From an uncultured candidatus Porisulfidus sp. (GTDB lineage: Bacteria > Pseudomonadota > Gammaproteobacteria > Poriferisulfidales > Poriferisulfidaceae), in contig OZ243950.1 of NCBI GenBank assembly GCA_965214545.1, positions 708,813 to 772,812 on the forward strand: DNA of 64,000 nt. Reading direction: 5' to 3'. Below the pieces are notes generated by a model. The model was given only the letters and a program-made list of their open reading frames with translations, ran no database searches and was not told the origin of the DNA. Made by a program: the position numbers and the translations under genes. The first letter of the stretch is position 1; every line of letters starts with the position of its first letter. Below are positions 28,685 to 38,663 of this stretch, one piece after another.

Positions 28685-31600
28685 CTAGGCGTCAACCGGC
28701 GAGTATAGGACATTTGTCGATTCCACGCCGGCGATGTCCTGCAGCGCCTGCAACGCCGCCTCGTCGGCGGAAACCTTCCAGTCCTCGTCCAGCACCCACC
28801 GGCTGGCGCCCTGGCGCCCGACGAACTCGATGCTCACCTCGCAGCCGCCCCGGTATTCGGCCAGCGCCTGCTTGATGGCGCGCACCGTGTCCGGGCCGCT
28901 GTCACCATTGAGGACGATACGCACCTGCTTCGCGCACTGCCGGCTCACCTGGTCCAGGGAATACAGCGATTCCGCTCGGATCCGGAGGGGCTCGCCGCGT
29001 TCCGCCTTCGGCTGCACCCGGGCTTCCCCCTGCACCATCACCAGGTCGCCCAGCTTGAACTCCTTGGCGCGCCCCGGGTCCCGGGTGACGACCTCCAGCC
29101 GTTCCTGATCGTCCTCGATGTCGAGAAAGGCCACCTCGCCGTTGCGCGGATAGGCGATTTTCATCAACACCCCGGCAAGGCACACCTTCCACGTCCGGCC
29201 GCGCCCGGCCTCGACCACCTTCTCGGCGTCCCGGCGCACCTTCGACAGCGGCTGTGCCCCCATCTGCTGCATGCGCGCGCGGTGCTGCAGGAACGGATGC
29301 CCGCTTAAATAAAGCCCCAACGCCTCGAACTCGTGCGCCAGCCGCTGTGACACCCCGTAGTCCGCTTCGCCCTGCGGCAACGCGCAGAACTCCGCGGCCG
29401 GCTCCTGCACGAACAGCGAATCCTGGCCCACGCTGCGGTCCATCTGGACCCGCTGGGCCTGAGTCTTGAGCCGGCCGGCCGCCTCCGCCATCGCCCGCCG
29501 GCTCGCGCCGAATCCGTCCAGCGCGCCCGCGTGGATCAGCGCGCGCAGGTCGCGCTCGCTGTAGTCGCGACTGTCCAGGCGATGGCACATGTCCTCCAGG
29601 CCGGCGAACGGGGCCTCCCCACGCTGCTCCACCAGGCGCGTCACCAGGCCCTGCCCGAGCCCCTTGATCGCACCCAGGCCATAACGGACCTCGCCTTGCG
29701 CCGGGACCGTGAAGTCGTAGCCGGACTCGTTCACGTCCGGCCCCTTCAGCAGCAAGCCGAGATCGCGCGCCTCCTTGCACAGCAGCGCCAGCTTGTCGGT
29801 GTCGTCGATCTGGCTGGACATCGCCGCCGCCATGAACGCATCCGGGTGGTGCGCCTTGAACCAGGCGCTCTGGTACGCCAGCAGCGCGTAGGCGACCGAA
29901 TGCGACTTGTTGAACCCGTAGGCCGCGAATTCCTTCATCAGGTCGAAGATCTTCTGCGCCACGTAGGGCGCCAGGCCATGCCGGGCGGCGCCCTGCTGGA
30001 AGCGCTCGGCGTGTTCCGCCATCTCCTCCGGCTTCTTCTTGCCCATGGCGCGGCGCAGCAGGTCGGTCTCGCCGAGCGAATAGCCGGCCAGTTCGCGGGC
30101 AATCTGCATCACCTGCTCCTGGTACAGGATCACGCCGAAGGTCGGTGCCAAAATCGGCTCCAGGTCCGGGTGCAGGTACCGGATCTGGCTCGGGTCGCGC
30201 TTGCACTGGATGTACTCGACGTCCATCTTCGAGTTGAGCGGCCCCGGGCGGTACAGCGCCACCAGCGCGACCAGGTCGTCGAAGCAGTCCGGTTTCATCC
30301 GGATCAGCAGGTCGCGCATCCCCGCCGACTCCAGCTGGAACACCTCCGTCGTCTGCGCCTGCTGCAGCAAGGCGTAGGTCTGCGCATCGTCCAGCGGCAG
30401 GGTGCCCAGGTCCAGCGGCGTCTCCAGCCGCGCATTGACCGTGCCCAGGCACTGGTGCAGCAGCGTCACCGTGCGCAGGCCGAGAAAATCGAACTTGGTC
30501 AGGCCGATCTCCTCGACATCCTTCATGTCGAACTGGGTGATCGCCACGTCGGGCTGGCGCGCTTCGAAGTACAGCGGCGTGAAGTCGGTCAGCGCCCCCG
30601 GCGCGATCACCACCCCGGCGGCATGCCGCGAGGCGTTGCGCGCCACCCCTTCCAGCTGCAGGGCCACCTCGTACAGATGCGCGCCCGTCGTGTCTTCCGG
30701 ATGGCTGACCAGTTCCCGGAACTCCGGGGATTCCCGGTAGGCCCGCTCCAAGGTGATGCCCAGCTCGTTCGGCACCGCGCGCGCGATGCGGTCGCAGTAG
30801 CTGTACGGGGCTCCGAGCACCCGCCCGACATCGCGGATCGCCGCCTTGGCCGCCATCGTGCCGTAGGTGATGATCTGCGCCACGCTGTCCTCCCCGTAGC
30901 GCTTGCGCACGTACTCGATCACCCGGTCGCGGTTCAGGTTGCAGAAATCGATGTCGAAGTCCGGCATGCTGACGCGGTCGGGATTCAGGAAACGCTCGAA
31001 CAGCAGCCCGTAGCGCAACGGATCGAGGCCGGTGATGCCTAAGGCGTACGCCACCAGCGATCCCGCACCGGAGCCGCGCCCGGGGCCGACCGGGATGTCG
31101 TTGTCGCGCGCCCACGCCACGAAATCCGCGACGATCACGAAGTAGCCGCTGAAGCCGGTCTGGTGAATCACCCCGAGCTCATGCGCCAGCCGCGCCTGAT
31201 AGTCGGACTCCGGCCCGACGAGCTGCCCGCTCGCCTCCAGCCGCTCCAGGCGCCGGGCCAGGCCCTCGCCCGCCAGGCGGTCCAGGTAGTCGTCCATCGG
31301 CTCTCCCCCGGGGGTCGGGAAGGCCGGCAGCAGCGTCCGCCCCAGGTCCAGCCGGCAGTTGCAGCGCATCGCGATCTGCGCGGTGTTCTCCAGCGCCTCC
31401 GGGTGACTCTCGAACGCTTCCCGCATCACGCTCTCCGGACGCAGGTGCTGTTCCTTGCTGTACTCGCGCGCCCGGTCCGGATCGTTGACGCGCTTCTGGC
31501 TGCGGATGCACACGCGAACCTCGTGCGCCTCGAAGTCGTCGCTGGACAGGAACCGCACGTCGTTGGTCGCGACCATCGGCAGGTCGTGCTCGCCCGCGCA

Positions 31601-32140
31601 CTCCAGCGCGAACTGCAGGAAGTCCTCCTCGTGCTCCCGGTCGGTCTTGGTGACCTCCAGGTAGAAGCGCCCGGGAAAGTGGCGCGTCCAGTACTCCAGC
31701 GCTGCGGCCGCGGCCCGGCGGTTCTCGGCCACCATGGCCTGCCCGAGATCCCCGGCGACGCCGCCGGACAGGACGATCAGCCCGTCGCCGTGCTCCGCCA
31801 GGTCCCGGCGCAGGATCTGCGCCTGCCCGTTGCGGTAGCGCTCGCTCAGCAACCGACAGAGGTTCCGGTAGCCGGTCCGGTCCTGGCACAACAGCACCGC
31901 CCGGGCGGACCGGTCGCGCATGACCGGCATTTCGAGGTCAATCTCCGCGCCCAGGATCGGCTTGATGCCGTACTCCAACGCCGCCTTGTAGAACTTGACC
32001 GCCGCGAACAGGTTGTTGCGGTCGGTCAGGGCGACCGCCGGCATGCCCAACTCCGCCGCCCGCTCCATCAGCGGGGCGATGCGCACCAGACCGTCGTCCA
32101 GCGAGTACTCGGTGTGCAGGTGCAAATGAACGAAGTTCAC
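28685..32140 (-). CDS. dnaE: DNA polymerase III subunit alpha (GTG start overlapping the rnhB stop)
   Basis: VNFVHLHLHTEYSLDDG PHP-domain N-terminus and polymerase core. The 1677-aa ORF in the track is dnaE plus an out-of-frame read-through of the upstream genes. Confidence 0.9.
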   Translation of the reverse strand: MNFVHLHLHTEYSLDDGLVRIAPLMERAAELGMPAVALTDRNNLFAAVKFYKAALEYGIKPILGAEIDLEMPVMRDRSARAVLLCQDRTGYRNLCRLLSERYRNGQAQILRRDLAEHGDGLIVLSGGVAGDLGQAMVAENRRAAAAALEYWTRHFPGRFYLEVTKTDREHEEDFLQFALECAGEHDLPMVATNDVRFLSSDDFEAHEVRVCIRSQKRVNDPDRAREYSKEQHLRPESVMREAFESHPEALENTAQIAMRCNCRLDLGRTLLPAFPTPGGEPMDDYLDRLAGEGLARRLERLEASGQLVGPESDYQARLAHELGVIHQTGFSGYFVIVADFVAWARDNDIPVGPGRGSGAGSLVAYALGITGLDPLRYGLLFERFLNPDRVSMPDFDIDFCNLNRDRVIEYVRKRYGEDSVAQIITYGTMAAKAAIRDVGRVLGAPYSYCDRIARAVPNELGITLERAYRESPEFRELVSHPEDTTGAHLYEVALQLEGVARNASRHAAGVVIAPGALTDFTPLYFEARQPDVAITQFDMKDVEEIGLTKFDFLGLRTVTLLHQCLGTVNARLETPLDLGTLPLDDAQTYALLQQAQTTEVFQLESAGMRDLLIRMKPDCFDDLVALVALYRPGPLNSKMDVEYIQCKRDPSQIRYLHPDLEPILAPTFGVILYQEQVMQIARELAGYSLGETDLLRRAMGKKKPEEMAEHAERFQQGAARHGLAPYVAQKIFDLMKEFAAYGFNKSHSVAYALLAYQSAWFKAHHPDAFMAAAMSSQIDDTDKLALLCKEARDLGLLLKGPDVNESGYDFTVPAQGEVRYGLGAIKGLGQGLVTRLVEQRGEAPFAGLEDMCHRLDSRDYSERDLRALIHAGALDGFGASRRAMAEAAGRLKTQAQRVQMDRSVGQDSLFVQEPAAEFCALPQGEADYGVSQRLAHEFEALGLYLSGHPFLQHRARMQQMGAQPLSKVRRDAEKVVEAGRGRTWKVCLAGVLMKIAYPRNGEVAFLDIEDDQERLEVVTRDPGRAKEFKLGDLVMVQGEARVQPKAERGEPLRIRAESLYSLDQVSRQCAKQVRIVLNGDSGPDTVRAIKQALAEYRGGCEVSIEFVGRQGASRWVLDEDWKVSADEAALQALQDIAGVESTNVLYSPVDA

Positions 32141-32751
32141 GCGGCCGGCTCCTCCAGCGCCGCGCGCACCGGGGCATAGCTGCGCCGATGCTGCTGCCCG
32201 GGCCCGTGTTCGGACAGGGCGCGCCGGTGTTCCGCCGAAGGGTAGCCCTTGTGCCGGGCGAACCGGTAGCACGGCTCCTGTACATCGCAGTAGCGCATCC
32301 AGGCGTCGCGCGCCTCCTTGGCCAACACCGAGGCCGCGCTGATGCTGGCCACCCGGGCGTCCCCGCCGACCACCGCCGTCGCCGGGCACGGCAATTCCGG
32401 GCAGTGCCGCCCGTCCACCAGCACGTGCGCGACCCCGCCCGGCAGCCGGGCCACCGCTTCCGCCATGGCGCACAGGCTCGCCTGCAGGATGTTGATGCGG
32501 TCGATCTCCGGCGCCGGCACGAAGGCCACCGCGTACGCCCGGGCCGCGGCCCGGATCTGCACCGCCACGCGCGCCCGCCGCGCCGGCGTCAACACCTTGG
32601 AATCGGCCAGGCCCTCGATGCGGCAACCCGCCGGCAGCACCACGGCGGCGGCGGCCACCGGGCCGGCCAGCGCGCCCCGCCCCGCCTCGTCCACCCCCGC
32701 GACCCGGCCGGGGTCCGGCAGGGACGGCAACAACTCCATCGGGACAGGCAT
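32137..32751 (-). CDS. rnhB: ribonuclease HII
   Basis: VAGVDEAGRGALAGPV ... SKVLTPARRA ... HKGYPS motifs. Confidence 0.85.
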   Translation of the reverse strand: MPVPMELLPSLPDPGRVAGVDEAGRGALAGPVAAAAVVLPAGCRIEGLADSKVLTPARRARVAVQIRAAARAYAVAFVPAPEIDRINILQASLCAMAEAVARLPGGVAHVLVDGRHCPELPCPATAVVGGDARVASISAASVLAKEARDAWMRYCDVQEPCYRFARHKGYPSAEHRRALSEHGPGQQHRRSYAPVRAALEEPAA

Positions 32752-32887
32752 CGGCAGGGTCGGGACGGGTCAGGCAGCAAAATAGGGTGAACCCCCGCAT
32801 TGTACCCAAGCCGGAATCCGCACCCCGAAAAGCCCCGCGGGCTATAATTTCGGAACCGCGCCGCACTGCCCGACCGCTTTTCCCTCC

Positions 32888-33835
32888 GTGACCCCCCCGC
32901 TTCGCACCGCCGTCATCGGGGTCGGCTACCTGGGGCGATTCCATGCGCAGAAGTACGCCGTCTTGGACGATTCCGAACTGGTCGGCGTGGCCGACACCGA
33001 TCCCGAACGCCTCGCCGCGGTCAGCGGCGAACTCGGGGTCCCCGGCTTCCCCGACTACCGGGACATCCTCGGCCGGGCAGATGCCGTCAGCATCGTCGTG
33101 CCGACCGCGAAACACTACGAGATCACCCGGGCCTGCCTGGAAGCCGACTGCCACGTGCTGGTCGAAAAACCCTTCACCTCCTCGGTCGAAGAGGCGACCC
33201 GGCTGATCGAACTCGCCCGCCAGAGACAGCGCCTCGTCCAGGTCGGCCTGCTGGAGCGGTTCAATTCGGCGTTCTGCGCCCTGATGCAGGGGCTGGAGAC
33301 CCCCCGCTTCATCGAAGTCCACCGCCTGGCGCCCTGGACCCCGCGCGGCGCCGAAATCGACGTGACCCTGGACCTGATGATCCACGACATCGACCTGGCC
33401 CTGACCGTGGTCGGCGAGGATCCCCACGACATCCGCGCCAGCGGCGCCGCCGTGATCGGCGACACCCTGGACATCGCCAACGCCCGGCTCGAATTCCCCG
33501 GCGGCTGCGTCGCCAATGTCACCGCCAGCCGCCTGAGCCGCCGCAGCGAGCGCCGGATGCGCGTCTTCCAGCACCATTCCTGCTACACCCTGGACCTGCA
33601 CAAGCGGGAACTGGACCGCTACCGCCTGCGTACAGGCGATGCGCCGCCCCCGGACCGCATCGAGCATGCGAACGAGGCCTTCCAGGACACCGATTCGCTG
33701 CGCGAGGAGATCCAGCACTTCATCCGCTGCGTCCGGCAGGGCACCGAACCCATGGTGCGCGGCGAGGACGGCCTGCGCGCCTTGCGCACCGCACTGGAAG
33801 TCGGTCAGCGCCTGCGCGAGACGACCCTCTCATGA
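32888..33835 (+). CDS. gnnA: Gfo/Idh/MocA-family UDP-GlcNAc 3-dehydrogenase (GnnA-like)
   Basis: Rossmann VIGVGYLGRFHAQ plus a Gfo/Idh/MocA C-terminal domain. Precedes a DegT aminotransferase and lpxB. Confidence 0.7.
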   Translation: MTPPLRTAVIGVGYLGRFHAQKYAVLDDSELVGVADTDPERLAAVSGELGVPGFPDYRDILGRADAVSIVVPTAKHYEITRACLEADCHVLVEKPFTSSVEEATRLIELARQRQRLVQVGLLERFNSAFCALMQGLETPRFIEVHRLAPWTPRGAEIDVTLDLMIHDIDLALTVVGEDPHDIRASGAAVIGDTLDIANARLEFPGGCVANVTASRLSRRSERRMRVFQHHSCYTLDLHKRELDRYRLRTGDAPPPDRIEHANEAFQDTDSLREEIQHFIRCVRQGTEPMVRGEDGLRALRTALEVGQRLRETTLS

Positions 33836-34929
33836 GCGCCCCCCTCCCCATCCTGGACCTGGCCGCGCAGTACGCGGCCCTGCAGGAGGAGATCGAGGCC
33901 GCCGCCGTGCGCGTGCTGCGCAGCGGCCGCTACGTGCTGGGCCCGGAAGTCGAGGCCCTGGAGGCGGAACTCGGCACGATGCTCGGCATCGACCACGTCG
34001 TCAGTTGCGCCTCCGGCACGGACGCGCTGAGCCTGTCCCTGCGCGCGCTCGGCATCGGGCCCGGCGACGACGTCCTGGTCCCGGCCTTCACCTTCGCCGC
34101 GCCGGCCGAGGCCGTCGCCCTGGCCGGGGCGCGCCCGGTGTTCGTGGACATCGACCCCGAGACCTTCCTGGTCGATCCCGACTCGTGCCGCAATGCCGTC
34201 ACGGACCGCACCCGCGCGGCCGTGGTGGTGCACCTGTACGGCCGGCCCGCCGACGTCTCTGCGATCCGTGCGGCGGTCGGGCCGGAGATCGCCATCGTCG
34301 AGGATTGCGCGCAAAGCTTCGGCGCCAGGACAGCAGGCCGGGCGACCGGCAGCTTCGGACAGGTCGCCTCCTTCAGTTTCTTTCCCAGCAAGAACCTCGG
34401 TGGATGCGGCGATGGCGGGGCGGTGGCGACCGGCGACGGCGAACTCGCCGCCCGGCTGCGCGCCTTGCGCAACCACGGCTCCCGCCGGTCCTACCACCAT
34501 GAAATGCTAGGCCTGAACAGCCGCCTCGACGAGATCCAGGCCGCGATCCTCCGCGTCAAACTGCCGCATGTCGCCGAGTGGAACGCGCAGCGCCGCCAAG
34601 TCGCCGGCCGCTATACCGAACGGCTCCAGGCACTGGACGGAATCCGCCCCCCGGCGGATGCACACGGCCACGTCTGGCACCAGTACACCCTGCTCAGCCC
34701 GCAGCGCGACGCCCTGCACCGGCAACTGGCCGAGGACGGCATCGAGAGCCGGGTCTACTACCCGATCCCCCTGCACCGGCAGGAGGCCTACGCGCCGTGG
34801 GCGGACGGGGTCTCGCTGCCGGCGGTCGAGCAGGTCTGCGCCCAGTGCCTGTCGCTGCCGATGTTCCCGGAACTCTCGCCCGCCCAGACCGAACAAGTCT
34901 GCGCCAGCCTCGCCCGTGCCGAACCCTGA
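33832..34929 (+). CDS. gnnB: DegT/DnrJ/EryC1-family PLP aminotransferase (GnnB-like UDP-3-keto-GlcNAc transaminase)
   Basis: 365 aa AAT-I fold with a conserved Lys region (FSFFPSKNLG). 4-nt overlap with gnnA. Confidence 0.75.
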   Translation: MSAPLPILDLAAQYAALQEEIEAAAVRVLRSGRYVLGPEVEALEAELGTMLGIDHVVSCASGTDALSLSLRALGIGPGDDVLVPAFTFAAPAEAVALAGARPVFVDIDPETFLVDPDSCRNAVTDRTRAAVVVHLYGRPADVSAIRAAVGPEIAIVEDCAQSFGARTAGRATGSFGQVASFSFFPSKNLGGCGDGGAVATGDGELAARLRALRNHGSRRSYHHEMLGLNSRLDEIQAAILRVKLPHVAEWNAQRRQVAGRYTERLQALDGIRPPADAHGHVWHQYTLLSPQRDALHRQLAEDGIESRVYYPIPLHRQEAYAPWADGVSLPAVEQVCAQCLSLPMFPELSPAQTEQVCASLARAEP

Positions 34930-34945
34930 ACCGGCCGCGCACCTG

Positions 34946-36070
34946 ATGCTGGTCTCCGGGGAGGCCTCCGGCGACCGCTACGCGGCAGAACTGGTCGAGG
35001 AACTTCGGGGGCGGCATCCTGCGTGGACCTGGTCCGGCATGGGCGGCGCAGCCTCGCGCGGGGCCGGCATCGAGCTGCAGGTCGACTCCACCGGGCTGGC
35101 CGTCGTCGGGCTGGTGGAGGTGCTGCGCCATTACCGGGAGATTCGCCGGGCACTGGGGGCCCTCAAGGCGCAGGTCCGGGCCCGCAGGCCCCGGCTGCTG
35201 GTGCTGATCGACTACCCGGAATTCAACCTGCGGCTCGCCCGGTTCGCGCATCGGCACGGCGTGCCGGTGCTGTTCTACATCAGCCCGCAAATCTGGGCCT
35301 GGCGGGCCTGGCGGGTGCACGCGATCCGGCGCCACGTCGACCACATGGCGGTGGTCTTCCCGTTTGAGCGGGATTTCTACGAGAAACACCGCGTCCCCGT
35401 CACCTATGTCGGGCACCCCCTGTGCGGACAGACACGCCCGACGCAGCCGCCCGAGGCCGTCCGCGCACGCTGGGGACTGGATCCCGAGCGCCCGGTGGTG
35501 GGCCTTTTTCCCGGCTCCCGGCGCAGCGAAATCGCCCACCTGATGCCGGTCTGCGCCGGGGCGGTGCGGGAACTGCGAGACCATCCCGCCCGACCGCAAT
35601 TCGCACTGGTGGTGCCGCCCGGGCTGAAACCCAACGACTACGCCCCGTGGCTGGGCGAACTGCCCGAAGTCCAATGCCTGCAGGAGCCGGTCTACGATGC
35701 CATGCAGGTGTGCGACATGGCGGCGGCGGCCTCCGGCACGGTCACGTTGCAGCTGGCCCTGATGCGCGTCCCGTTCTGCATGATCTATCGCCTGGCACCC
35801 CTGAGCTACTTATTGGCCCGCCTGCTGGTGCGCATCGACCGGTACTGCCTCGCGAACATCGTGGCAGGCGAAGACCTGGTTACCGAGTTGATCCAGGCCG
35901 ATGCGACGCCGCAACGGATTGCGGCCGCCCTCACGCCCTGGCTGGACGATCCGGCGAAACTTGATCCGGTGCGCGCGCGGCTGCAGAAAGTCGAGGAGCG
36001 GCTGGGGCCGGCAGCCGGCATGCGCCCACTTGCCGACTGCGCGGAACAGGTGATGTCGGCGTCCGGGTGA
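34946..36070 (+). CDS. lpxB: lipid-A-disaccharide synthase
   Basis: MLVSGEASGDRYAAELVEELR N-terminus and full-length LpxB similarity. An alternative GTG start lies about 27 nt upstream. Confidence 0.8.
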   Translation: MLVSGEASGDRYAAELVEELRGRHPAWTWSGMGGAASRGAGIELQVDSTGLAVVGLVEVLRHYREIRRALGALKAQVRARRPRLLVLIDYPEFNLRLARFAHRHGVPVLFYISPQIWAWRAWRVHAIRRHVDHMAVVFPFERDFYEKHRVPVTYVGHPLCGQTRPTQPPEAVRARWGLDPERPVVGLFPGSRRSEIAHLMPVCAGAVRELRDHPARPQFALVVPPGLKPNDYAPWLGELPEVQCLQEPVYDAMQVCDMAAAASGTVTLQLALMRVPFCMIYRLAPLSYLLARLLVRIDRYCLANIVAGEDLVTELIQADATPQRIAAALTPWLDDPAKLDPVRARLQKVEERLGPAAGMRPLADCAEQVMSASG

Positions 36071-36132
36071 TTCCGGGCGCAAGCGCCAGACAAAAACCCG
36101 GGAAAGCCCCGGCTTGCTGTCAGGTCTTCCGA

Positions 36133-36492
36133 CTAAGCCGGTGACTTGTCATCCGGATCGGCGGGGACGATCAGTTCCACCGAAGGATGGTCCGGAAACT
36201 TCGCGATCAGGCTCAGCCGTCCGCCCAAGGCTTCGACTTGCCGCCTGAGCGTCGAGACCAATAAGTCCTGGCGCGTCTCGATGCGCGAGATATTCTCCTG
36301 GGTAATTCCAAGGATCTCGGCAAGCTGCACCTGGGTCTGTTGCCGGAGCTTTCGCAGTTCCTGCAACGACATGATTTCGGCGATCAGTCCGTCCGTGCGT
36401 AATTCATCGCGGGAAGGCTGGCCGCTGGACGGCTTGACTGGCATCGTGCGGGGCTCCGGCAGCGGACGCTTTGGCTTGTCTTTGGTATTCAT
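36133..36492 (-). CDS. XRE-family helix-turn-helix protein (controller/antitoxin-like)
   Basis: LRKLRQQTQVQLAEILGITQENISRIE is a classic Cro/C1 HTH. Overlaps the preceding small ORF by ATGA. Confidence 0.7.
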   Translation of the reverse strand: MNTKDKPKRPLPEPRTMPVKPSSGQPSRDELRTDGLIAEIMSLQELRKLRQQTQVQLAEILGITQENISRIETRQDLLVSTLRRQVEALGGRLSLIAKFPDHPSVELIVPADPDDKSPA

Positions 36493-36794
36493 GGTGTTCT
36501 CCTTGCGCGAAACTCGCGAATGTTGGAATAGGTGGACTGGCGCTCTTGGTTAGTTCGCTTGTAGCCACGCCAGGTGAAGTCCGGGTAGTGATTCTGCTTT
36601 TCCGGCTCGACCAATTGCAGCCCCACGCTGCCGGCATAAGACGCAACCGCTTGCCTGGCCACAATTTCAAACAGAGTACTGATAACCTTGGTGTCGGAAC
36701 CCAAAGGATACACACGCGCCCGGCGATCCACGACCCCGCACAAGGAATAGCCGTTCTGGATTTCCGCAAGCGCATTCAGGATAAACTGCTTCAT
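36489..36794 (-). CDS. hypothetical 101-aa protein co-operonic with the Dam-like MTase and the XRE HTH (possible toxin or nuclease remnant)
   Basis: 4-nt overlaps on both sides. No family recognised from the sequence. Confidence 0.4.
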   Translation of the reverse strand: MKQFILNALAEIQNGYSLCGVVDRRARVYPLGSDTKVISTLFEIVARQAVASYAGSVGLQLVEPEKQNHYPDFTWRGYKRTNQERQSTYSNIREFRARRTP

Positions 36795-37621
36795 CCCACA
36801 ACCAATGCCTCCGTCATGCTGTTCCGCAAGTCCTCTGTTGATCCTAAATGGTAAAAGTGCGGGAAGGTTCGAACCTCATAATCGGAAAATTCTTCATGTA
36901 ATCGGTTGTTCTTCCGATATTTGTTCTCAGACCACATTGAATAGAGAAATGGACATGGCAAAGCCTTCAAACTACGCTCCAGTTGTGTTGCGTCTGTGTC
37001 GGTCCAAGAATTGAAATAATCCGTGAATCGCCCGGCGTATGGCGGGTCGCAATAGACGAAATCACCTTCGCCAGCTTTGCCCAGAATGTCGGTCCAATCT
37101 GCACAGACAAACGTCCACGCCTTTCCTTCCATACACTCTGCGGCCCGCTGCACTTGGTTGCAAATCTTCGTGATGTAGGCAGGGCGGTAGCGTTCCGGCT
37201 TTCGGCAGAATGGGGTATTGAAGCGCCCCTTCTTGTTGAAGCGCACCAAGCCGTTGAAGCACGCTCGATTCAGGAATAGAAAGTCATGCGGATCGCCACT
37301 GTCGTTGAAGCGTTCCCGGACTCGGTAGAAGTGATCCTGCCCGTCCCGCAGAAGGCGTGCGCCTTCTCGCTCCAGGAACGCTCGCACTGTCGCGCTGGTG
37401 AGGGTCCCGGCCTGTATCGCCGCATAGAAGCGCACCAAGTGCGGGTTTGCATCGCCTAGCAGTGCGCGTTCAGGCTTGATGTTGAAGGGGACGACGGCAG
37501 ACCCCAAGAAAGGCTCTATCCAGCGACCAGAGCCATCCCAATCGACACTATCCCGGATGAACGGAATCGCTTTCGTCTTGATCCCTTGTATCTTGAGCGG
37601 CGGGACTTGAACCGCGCTCAT
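36791..37621 (-). CDS. DNA N6-adenine methyltransferase, Dam/D12 class
   Basis: DPPY catalytic motif (FVYCDPPYAGRF) with an upstream AdoMet-binding region. 276 aa. Confidence 0.8.
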   Translation of the reverse strand: MSAVQVPPLKIQGIKTKAIPFIRDSVDWDGSGRWIEPFLGSAVVPFNIKPERALLGDANPHLVRFYAAIQAGTLTSATVRAFLEREGARLLRDGQDHFYRVRERFNDSGDPHDFLFLNRACFNGLVRFNKKGRFNTPFCRKPERYRPAYITKICNQVQRAAECMEGKAWTFVCADWTDILGKAGEGDFVYCDPPYAGRFTDYFNSWTDTDATQLERSLKALPCPFLYSMWSENKYRKNNRLHEEFSDYEVRTFPHFYHLGSTEDLRNSMTEALVVG

Positions 37622-37804
37622 CTCCTTGCCCCCGAATCCAGCCCGTTATCTACAATCAGCTCAGCATACTTGGGCCTCTTGCGCGCCATGCCAGCGACCA
37701 CGACGGACACCCTCTCGCATCGCCTGACCCCGGCCATCAAGACTCCAGGTTCCAGTCCGACAAGCGAATCAAGTGCAACGCCCCTTCCCATGTGGATAAT
37801 GTAA

Positions 37805-37851
37805 TCTACTGATTCTATACTGTCAAGGGCATGATTGGCGGTGCGGCATGT
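37805..37851. repeat. left copy of an imperfect 47-bp direct repeat (CTACTGATTCTATACTGTCAAGGGCATGATTGGCGGTGCGGCATGTC)
   Basis: About 85% identical to 38690..38737. The two copies bracket an 840-bp low-GC segment. Confidence 0.6.
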
Positions 37852-38033
37852 CTGCTTCCTCTCTCAGATCCCGCCGGTTGCCGGAATCGTTGCAGTTACT
37901 AATTGCAACCAGGCTGAACAAGCAACTACCGCCCTTTTTCTTTGTGCCTATGGGCAAGATGTGTGAGAGTTACTGTGGTAGAGTCTGGGGGGTCATAACC
38001 AATCTTGCAGAATCGCGGCCCAGACTGGGCAAA

Positions 38034-38348
38034 CTATCCAAAAACTGCTGCCAGTACTGCAAGCATAACCGCAATCACAACACCAATCAACCATCTTTGC
38101 ATACTTGCTTCCCTAGCCGAAATCAGAGTTTTCACGCTTTCTAAATCTGCTTTTGTCGGCAAATAATCAAGTCTGGTTTTTACTTCCCCCATTTGAATTT
38201 CAAGATGGCGCAAACGATTTCCAGTCCCATCGTCGTCGCCCCCTCCCCTGTTATCAGGTGACTCTGATGGTTCATCAGTAGTAACTGCTTTTAGATGACT
38301 TTCAGCCACGGCTATATTAGGAGCTAGTCTGCTTCGAGCCATTCCCAC
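38034..38348 (-). CDS. small phage-like membrane protein (coiled coil + C-terminal TM; XhlA/holin-associated-like architecture)
   Basis: 104 aa; C-terminal WLIGVVIAVMLAVLAAVFG helix. Low GC. Confidence 0.35.
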   Translation of the reverse strand: MGMARSRLAPNIAVAESHLKAVTTDEPSESPDNRGGGDDDGTGNRLRHLEIQMGEVKTRLDYLPTKADLESVKTLISAREASMQRWLIGVVIAVMLAVLAAVFG

Positions 38349-38596
38349 AGGGATTTTTGTGTGTGGCCTGAAAATGCCGAGTTCATTTTGAACACAGCGC
38401 CAGAGGATTGCCCAACGCGACTGTCACCTTTGATACCGACTGCTGTTGCAATTTCGCTGGTTACGGCAGAGGGTTCTTCTGTGCGAATCAGATAAAAGGT
38501 GTCAGTATATTTATATCGGTCTTTGTATGCGTCAAACAGTCGCTTCTCGACCTCTTCGTTCGGCTCCCACAGAACGACAGCAAACAGTTTTTTCAT
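38324..38596 (-). CDS. hypothetical protein (low-GC, accessory)
   Basis: 90-aa ORF inside the repeat-flanked low-GC segment. Confidence 0.3.
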   Translation of the reverse strand: MKKLFAVVLWEPNEEVEKRLFDAYKDRYKYTDTFYLIRTEEPSAVTSEIATAVGIKGDSRVGQSSGAVFKMNSAFSGHTQKSLWEWLEAD

Positions 38597-38663
38597 GGCG
38601 AGGTATCCGAGTCGGATGATGCATTATAGCAGGGCTTGACTTTCTCCCTGCTTTCCTGAGAGC

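Noticed and set aside
28902-31115. 737-aa and 503-aa alternative-frame ORFs inside dnaE
   Set aside because: Inside the dnaE reading frame. Pro/Arg/Gly-rich with no domains.
28685-33718. 1677-aa ORF on the minus strand
   Set aside because: It is dnaE (GTG start at 32140) followed by a stop-free out-of-frame read-through of rnhB and of the antisense of gnnA. High GC suppresses stop codons. Real genes here are dnaE 28685..32140 and rnhB 32137..32751.
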